Assembly: GCA_040274025.1 (NCBI GenBank)
Contig: JBELZL010000007.1
Location: 21,117 to 85,116, forward strand
From: Arthrobacter sp.
GTDB taxonomy: Bacteria; Actinomycetota; Actinomycetes; Actinomycetales; Micrococcaceae
Length of the DNA stretch: 64,000 nucleotides
Direction of reading: 5' to 3'
Position numbers and translations under genes: made by a program. This document shows positions 59,045-64,000 of the stretch, piece by piece. Position 1 is the stretch's first letter, and the number at the start of each line of letters is the position of its first letter. The notes under the pieces were generated by a model. The model was not told the origin of the DNA and ran no database searches. It was given only the letters and a program-made list of their open reading frames with translations.

Positions 59045-60157
59045 GTGCCCAACTCCGCCGCCGAACCTGCCACCGGGCAGGTCACCGCCCGGCTTTCCAC
59101 CCTTGACCGGTTCCTGCCGGTCTGGATCGTCGCCGCCATGGCGGCGGGCCTGCTGCTGGGCCGCTTCGTCCCGGGTATTGGCGCCGCTCTGGACTCAGTC
59201 AAGGTCGCAGGCGTTTCCCTGCCCATCGCCGTCGGGCTCCTGGTGATGATGTACCCGGTTCTGGCGAAAGTCCGTTACAACGAGACCGGCAAAGTGGTGT
59301 CCGACCGCAGGCTCATGATCACGTCCCTGATCCTGAACTGGGTGGCGGCGCCTGCGTTTATGTTTGCCCTCGCCTGGATCTTCCTCCCGGACCTGCCCGA
59401 ATACCGCACCGGGCTGATCATCGTGGGGCTGGCCCGCTGCATCGCCATGGTGATGATCTGGAACGACCTCGCCTGTGGCGACCGCGAAGCCGCGGCGGTG
59501 CTGGTGGCCGTCAACTCAGTGTTCCAGGTCCTCGCGTTCGGCGCGCTGGGCTGGTTCTACCTGCAGGTCCTGCCCGGCTGGCTGGGCCTGGAGACCACCA
59601 GCACGGACTTCTCGTTCTGGGCTATCACGCTCAGCGTGCTCATTTTCCTCGGCATTCCGCTCCTGGCCGGTTTCCTCACCCGTACGTTCGGTGAACGGGC
59701 GCGGGGACGCGCCTGGTATGAGGACCGGTTCCTGCCGAAGATTGGCCCGTGGGCACTCTACGGGCTGCTGTTCACGATTGTGGTGCTGTTCGCGATGCAG
59801 GGGGACGAGATTGCCGCGAACCCGCTCGACGTCGCACGCATTGCCCTGCCGCTGCTGGTCTACTTCATCGTGGTGTTCGCTGCCGGCATGCTGCTCGGCC
59901 GGATCCTGAACATGGGCTATCCGCGTACCACCACGCTGGCCTTCACCGCGGCCGGAAACAACTTCGAACTCGCCATCGCCGTGGCGATCGGAACCTACGG
60001 GGCAACCTCCGGCCAGGCGCTGGCCGGCGTTGTAGGTCCGCTGATCGAAGTTCCCGTCCTGGTGGCCCTTGTCTATGTAGCCCTGTGGGCGCAGAAGAAG
60101 TTCTGGCCTGCTGCCGCACGAATCGCCGCAACTACAGCAGAAAAGGCACGTCGATGA
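59045..60157 (+). CDS. acr3: ACR3 family arsenite efflux transporter
   Basis: 370 aa with 10 TM helices. ACR3 hallmarks are LDRFLPVWI, the conserved Cys context VGLARCIAMVMIWN, and AAGNNFELAIAVAI. GTG start with GAGGAG upstream. Confidence 0.9.
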   Translation: MPNSAAEPATGQVTARLSTLDRFLPVWIVAAMAAGLLLGRFVPGIGAALDSVKVAGVSLPIAVGLLVMMYPVLAKVRYNETGKVVSDRRLMITSLILNWVAAPAFMFALAWIFLPDLPEYRTGLIIVGLARCIAMVMIWNDLACGDREAAAVLVAVNSVFQVLAFGALGWFYLQVLPGWLGLETTSTDFSFWAITLSVLIFLGIPLLAGFLTRTFGERARGRAWYEDRFLPKIGPWALYGLLFTIVVLFAMQGDEIAANPLDVARIALPLLVYFIVVFAAGMLLGRILNMGYPRTTTLAFTAAGNNFELAIAVAIGTYGATSGQALAGVVGPLIEVPVLVALVYVALWAQKKFWPAAARIAATTAEKARR

Positions 60158-60567
60158 CCCGCGCAGCCAAACCATCCGTCCTGTTCGTCTGCGTCCACAA
60201 CGCCGGGCGGTCACAGATGGCAGCCGCCTACCTGCGGGTCCTTGGCGAAGGACGGATCGACGTCCGTTCTGCCGGATCCGAGCCCGCGGACCGGATCAAC
60301 CCGGCGGCCGTAGCCGCCATGGCTGAAGACGGTATCGATATGTCCGCCGAACTGCCCAAGGTCCTAACCACCGATGCCGTTCGGGAGTCCGACGTCGTCA
60401 TCACCATGGGATGCGGGGACACCTGCCCGGTCTTTCCGGGCAAACGCTACGAAGACTGGAAACTCGATGATCCCGCCGGACAGGGCCTCGACGCCGTCCG
60501 TCCCATCCGGGACAGCATCCGGTCCCGCATCGAAGTCCTGGTTGCTGAACTGCTCCCAAGCTCCTGA
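60154..60567 (+). CDS. arsC: Arsenate reductase, low-molecular-weight phosphatase type
   Basis: 137 aa. P-loop VLFVCVHNAGRSQMA (CX5R), a downstream Cys pair GCGDTCP and the DDPAG motif. The ATGA start overlaps the acr3 stop. Confidence 0.85.
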   Translation: MTRAAKPSVLFVCVHNAGRSQMAAAYLRVLGEGRIDVRSAGSEPADRINPAAVAAMAEDGIDMSAELPKVLTTDAVRESDVVITMGCGDTCPVFPGKRYEDWKLDDPAGQGLDAVRPIRDSIRSRIEVLVAELLPSS

Positions 60568-60598
60568 CACCCGAACCGCATTCCCACGAAGGAACATC

Positions 60599-62053
60599 AT
60601 GTCGAACAACCCCGACGCCGCACTGTCCCAGCTCCCCGTTGCCGTCATCGGCTCCGGCCCGGTGGGGCTGGCTGCCGCCGCGCACCTGCTCGAGCGTGGG
60701 CTGACTCCCGTCATCTTTGAGGCCGGCAGCTCACCAGCGGCTGCCGTCAGCGCCTGGGGCCACGTGCGGCTGTTCTCACCCTGGCAGTACGACGTCGACG
60801 CCGCCGCCCGCCGCCTGCTGGAAGGCACCGGCTGGCAGGAACCGGACGCGCAGTCGCTGCCCACCGGAAACGAACTCGTGGAGCAGTACCTTCGCCCGCT
60901 TGCTGCCGTCCCTGCGATAAGCAGCGCCTTGCAGCTGAACAGTGAAGTCCTGGCCGTCACACGGGAAGGGCTGGACAAGACCCGAACCGGCGGACGGGAA
61001 AGCGCTCCGTTCCTCCTCCGCGTCCGGGAAACATCCGGCAATGTGGCTGATTACCGGGTCCGCGCAGTGATCGATGCCTCCGGTACCTGGAACACCCCGA
61101 ACCCGCTCGGCCAGGCGGGACTTCCTGCCGCCGGCGAAGCGGAGGCCTATGCTGCCGGCGTCATCACTGCCCCGCTTCCTGATGTAGCTGGCCGTGAGCG
61201 TGACCGGTTTGCGGGGCGGCACGTCCTGGTGGTGGGGGCCGGGCACTCCGCTGCGAATACGCTGCTGGCCCTGGGAGAGCTGGCTGAACTGGAGCCGGAT
61301 ACCCGGATCAGCTGGGCGATCCGCAGCAGCTCGCCTGCCGGGGTCTACGGTGGCGGCGATCTGGACGGCCTGCCCGCCCGCGGCGCCCTGGGAACCAGGC
61401 TGCGTGCCCTCGTCGATGCGGGACGAATTGAGCTGCACACTTCATTCCGGATCACCGGGTTCAAGACGTCGGACAGCCTCACCGTTGTGGGAAGTACCCC
61501 GGCCGGGGAAAGGCAGCTGAACGTGGACCTGCTGGTGCCCGCCACCGGCTTCCGTCCCAACCTGGACATGCTGCGTGAGGTCCGGCTGGACCTTGATCCG
61601 GCGGTGGAAGCCCCGCGTCAGCTCGGACCGCTCATCGACCCCGAGTTCCACAGCTGCGGCACCGTGGAGCCGCACGGCGCCAGGCTCCTGTCCCACCCGG
61701 AAAAGGACTTCTACATTGTGGGCATGAAGTCCTACGGTCGCGCTCCCACGTTCCTGATGGCCACCGGCTACGAGCAGGTCCGCTCCATTGCCGCAGCCTT
61801 GGCGGGAGACCGGGAAGCTGCGGAGAGGGTGGAGCTTGTCCTGCCGGAAACCGGTGTCTGCTCTACGGACCTCGGCGGCAGCTGCTGTGATGCGCCTGCG
61901 GCTGATGAGGAAGCGGAGTCATCCTGTTGCGGCCCGGCAGAGGATGCCGTCCCTGCCGCTGCCGTGGAGTCATCCTGCTGTGCCGCTCCGGAACCTGCCT
62001 TCCTGGGAATTCCCACAGGTCTCATCCACGGCCGCTCCGCCCGGGAGAGCTAG
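60599..62053 (+). CDS. FAD/NAD(P)-binding oxidoreductase with a C-terminal vicinal-cysteine tail (ars-associated)
   Basis: 484 aa from ATG 60599 (GAAGGA upstream). Two dinucleotide-binding motifs are present: VAVIGSGPVGLAAA and VLVVGAGHSAANTL. The C-terminal 66 aa contain three CC doublets (SCCDAP, SCCGPA, SCCAAP). Confidence 0.75.
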   Translation: MSNNPDAALSQLPVAVIGSGPVGLAAAAHLLERGLTPVIFEAGSSPAAAVSAWGHVRLFSPWQYDVDAAARRLLEGTGWQEPDAQSLPTGNELVEQYLRPLAAVPAISSALQLNSEVLAVTREGLDKTRTGGRESAPFLLRVRETSGNVADYRVRAVIDASGTWNTPNPLGQAGLPAAGEAEAYAAGVITAPLPDVAGRERDRFAGRHVLVVGAGHSAANTLLALGELAELEPDTRISWAIRSSSPAGVYGGGDLDGLPARGALGTRLRALVDAGRIELHTSFRITGFKTSDSLTVVGSTPAGERQLNVDLLVPATGFRPNLDMLREVRLDLDPAVEAPRQLGPLIDPEFHSCGTVEPHGARLLSHPEKDFYIVGMKSYGRAPTFLMATGYEQVRSIAAALAGDREAAERVELVLPETGVCSTDLGGSCCDAPAADEEAESSCCGPAEDAVPAAAVESSCCAAPEPAFLGIPTGLIHGRSARES

Positions 62054-62067
62054 CTGAAGGCAGGGAG

Positions 62068-63135
62068 TTATGCGGTCCGGACCCATGTGTCGCTGTTTGG
62101 CTCCCGGGACCATGTTTGGCGCGGCGCCTCGGCTTCACCGACGACGTCGGTCAGCCACAGTGTGCTGTTGGGATCCCACCCGGCGAGCACTGTGGCAGTG
62201 TCAGCGTCCACATCAAGCGCCCGGCCAGCCGTGTTCAGGTAGCCCATAGTCGTCAGATGTACTGCGTCCCATTCATTGGCAACTCGTTGCCAATCCGGGA
62301 TCACCCAAGGGCCGTCCCGTCCGGTGGTGCGGAACCAGTCATGGCGGCGGGAAGCGGTGACGTCCAAGGGATAGCGCCGGCAGAGTGCACTCCAATCAGT
62401 GGCGGTGCGGATTTCGAAAGTCCGGCCGGCCGCGTAGACCGGAATGGTTGTTGCTTCCTGCCAGCCCATAGAGTCCTCCACAAGGTTCAGGGCGGCGGGG
62501 ATGGCACCGGTTGTCCGGAGGAGGCCGAGGGGGAAAGACCACCAGTTGCCGGAGACGTTGGCATAAACACTGTCAGGGCGGTCCTGTGCGGCCTGCGCTT
62601 CGTCGGCGCGGATTTCTTCCGCCCACCTGTTCAGTACCTCCTGCGGATTCCGGGGCGGCGGTGCCGGATCCTCTGCGGAACGCCAGTCGATGGCCCATTG
62701 CCCTGCCTGATGCTCCTGCGACCATGTTTGCCCGGCATGGGTGGTAAGGACCTGCCCGGCGATCGGACGGAGCGCGTCGGCGATGGCTGGAATCCCGGCG
62801 AGCACATCCTCACCGTCAGGCTCCTGCCAGTAGCGTGCCGTACCGACAGCTCGTTCCAGGGCCCGCGCGACGTTCTCGTCCGTGATGCTGGACGTATCGA
62901 TCGATAGAAGTGTTGTTGCCAGGCCCTCCACGGACGGGTCCTCGCTGGGTGTACCGCCGTCTGAACTGGAGCTGGACAAGGCGAACATGACTGTGGAGGT
63001 TCCTTTGCCGGGGTCCAGGTCATACCCAAGATGGAAGACTGCGCTTCGAACGCCGGAATCAAGTTCCGTCGCGAGTTCAAGACACAGGCGCCGCCCGCGG
63101 GGTCCCTCGAGCAGCAGGCCCGGCTCCGTTGTCAT
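62068..63135 (-). CDS. Hypothetical protein (orphan, Trp-rich)
   Basis: 355 aa from ATG 63135 (MTTEPGLLLEGPRGRRLCLELA...). It is a long ORF with codon usage typical of this genome, and it is convergent with the ars flavoprotein (14-nt gap). No family or motif was recognised. Confidence 0.5.
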   Translation of the reverse strand: MTTEPGLLLEGPRGRRLCLELATELDSGVRSAVFHLGYDLDPGKGTSTVMFALSSSSSDGGTPSEDPSVEGLATTLLSIDTSSITDENVARALERAVGTARYWQEPDGEDVLAGIPAIADALRPIAGQVLTTHAGQTWSQEHQAGQWAIDWRSAEDPAPPPRNPQEVLNRWAEEIRADEAQAAQDRPDSVYANVSGNWWSFPLGLLRTTGAIPAALNLVEDSMGWQEATTIPVYAAGRTFEIRTATDWSALCRRYPLDVTASRRHDWFRTTGRDGPWVIPDWQRVANEWDAVHLTTMGYLNTAGRALDVDADTATVLAGWDPNSTLWLTDVVGEAEAPRQTWSREPNSDTWVRTA

Positions 63136-63243
63136 CCGCTCATCCTTGCATATCGCCGGCTCCACCGGCCGCCGGATGCCGCCGATCGGGCTGTCCGGTC
63201 CGAGTCGAGGCAACACCCCTGGGGCCCAAAGCGATACCCCCGC

Positions 63244-63386
63244 ATCCTTTGGGGAGATAACGCTCTTTAGGGACGTTTCAGCGCAACCTTCGGTGAGGTA
63301 CTGCCCTTTCGGAAGCCGTATTCCAGCGTTATCTCCCCGAAGGTTGTCCAGAACACCCTCATTCCAGCGTTATCTCCCCGAAGGTT
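63244..63386. repeat. 143-bp dyad-symmetric four-unit repeat, family 1, copy B
   Basis: I1 is 63244-63266 (ATCCTTTGGGGAGATAACGCTCT). I2 is 63285-63307 (AACCTTCGGTGAGGTACTGCCCT). D1 is 63323-63345 and D2 is 63364-63386, both CCAGCGTTATCTCCCCGAAGGTT. It has the same 41-bp register and the same overall length as copy A, with a symmetry centre at about 63315. Confidence 0.7.
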
Positions 63387-63413
63387 CGTCGGCGGCGGGC
63401 ACAACGCAAGAAG

Positions 63414-63503
63414 CGCCGGACGGACCGGGTTAGGCGGCTTTAATACTCCGGCGAGCTCTGCGAGCAAAGGAGTTTCGTTGCCGCCGTTCCGGTCCGCCCG
63501 GCG
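63414..63503 (-). repeat. Structured hairpin repeat, family 2, copy 2 (inverted relative to copy 1)
   Basis: The core 63433-63485 is the reverse complement of 50461-50514 with one 1-nt indel. The outer stem CGCCGGACGGACCGG (63414-63428) pairs with CCGGTCCGCCCGGCG (63489-63503) with one mismatch. This outer stem differs in sequence from copy 1 but is still paired. Confidence 0.65.
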
Positions 63504-63531
63504 CGTGCCAAGCGGGTAGAAAGGTGAAGAA

Positions 63532-64000
63532 CTAGCCAGCAGCCACCGGAACAGCACCGGCGTTGAACAGCTTCCCGTTCACTCGGTCCGACGCGCCAAC
63601 GCGGTCCAGGTACGGCGTGATGCCGCCCAGGTGCATCGGCCAACCGGCGCCGAGGATGACGCAGAGGTCAATGTCCTCCGGACCGGCCACGACGCCCTCT
63701 TCGAGCATCAGTCCGATTTCCTCAGCCAAGGCGTCCTGCGTGCGGCGCAGCACTTCCTCGGAGGTGGACGGCGAATCGCCGAACGTCAGCAGGTCCAGGG
63801 TTTCGGCCGGCACGTAGGGCGTGCCGTTTTCGTCCTTCTGCCACAGCGACTTGATGCCGGCGTCGATCAGCTTCTGCGAGTTCTCCGAGACGTAGAACCG
63901 GTCCCCGAAGGCTGCGTGCAGGGACTCCTGCACGTGCTGTCCCACCGGCAGGCCAACGAGGGCCAGCAGATTGAACGGGGTCATCGGCAGGCCCATGGGG
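63532..64000 (-). CDS. 3-hydroxyacyl-CoA dehydrogenase (FadB-like), C-terminal part; the gene continues beyond the window
   Basis: The C-terminal domain pattern GLPMTPFNLLALVGL...EDIDLCVILGAGWPMHLGGITPYLDRVG is typical of the 3HCDH C-terminal repeat. The 5' end is truncated by the window edge. Confidence 0.75.
   Translation of the reverse strand, partial: PMGLPMTPFNLLALVGLPVGQHVQESLHAAFGDRFYVSENSQKLIDAGIKSLWQKDENGTPYVPAETLDLLTFGDSPSTSEEVLRRTQDALAEEIGLMLEEGVVAGPEDIDLCVILGAGWPMHLGGITPYLDRVGASDRVNGKLFNAGAVPVAAG

Overview
High-GC actinobacterial chromosome segment. Gene content and order look like Micrococcaceae (Arthrobacter-like); this taxon call is inference from protein motifs and synteny, and no database search was run. 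The window is densely coding, with about 55 supportable CDS. I saw no rRNA or tRNA genes, no CRISPR array, and no transposase, integrase or phage structural genes.

Core housekeeping blocks, in order:
- osmC, then the 2-oxoacid dehydrogenase E2/E3 genes (sucB, lpd) and pepA.
- A PAC2-family gene, an MFS transporter and a DUF4192-like gene, then the primary sigma factor sigA.
- Topoisomerase IV subunits B (+) and A (-). They are separated by a 12 kb respiratory/metal block: BlaI-M56 regulator pair, cydA, cydB, a fused cydDC, a GNAT gene, a DtxR-family regulator, and csoR-copZ-copA.
- A Pat-like acetyltransferase, tdk, sepH, and the conserved dut neighbourhood of DUF genes.
- Two trkA genes, an RNA methyltransferase, acnA and dxs.

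The 3' third (about 48-63.5 kb) looks more accessory. It holds NmrA-like and AKR genes, DUF4287, a MarR regulator with a class-II UvrA paralog, DUF2975-like, AlkD-like and DHFR-like genes, nhaA, arsR-acr3-arsC with a Cys-rich-tailed flavoprotein, and an orphan gene.

Most interesting non-genic signals:
1. Three tandem TCTAC-N5-GTAGA palindromes sit between the BlaI-family repressor gene and cydA.
2. A 143-bp dyad-symmetric four-unit repeat occurs twice and brackets the 8.2 kb ars/nhaA segment.
3. A second repeat family folds into a roughly 90-nt hairpin. Its core is identical between the two copies and its outer stem covaries.

All functional calls rest on motif recognition by eye. Start codons were chosen from RBS and N-terminal conservation and are less certain than stops.
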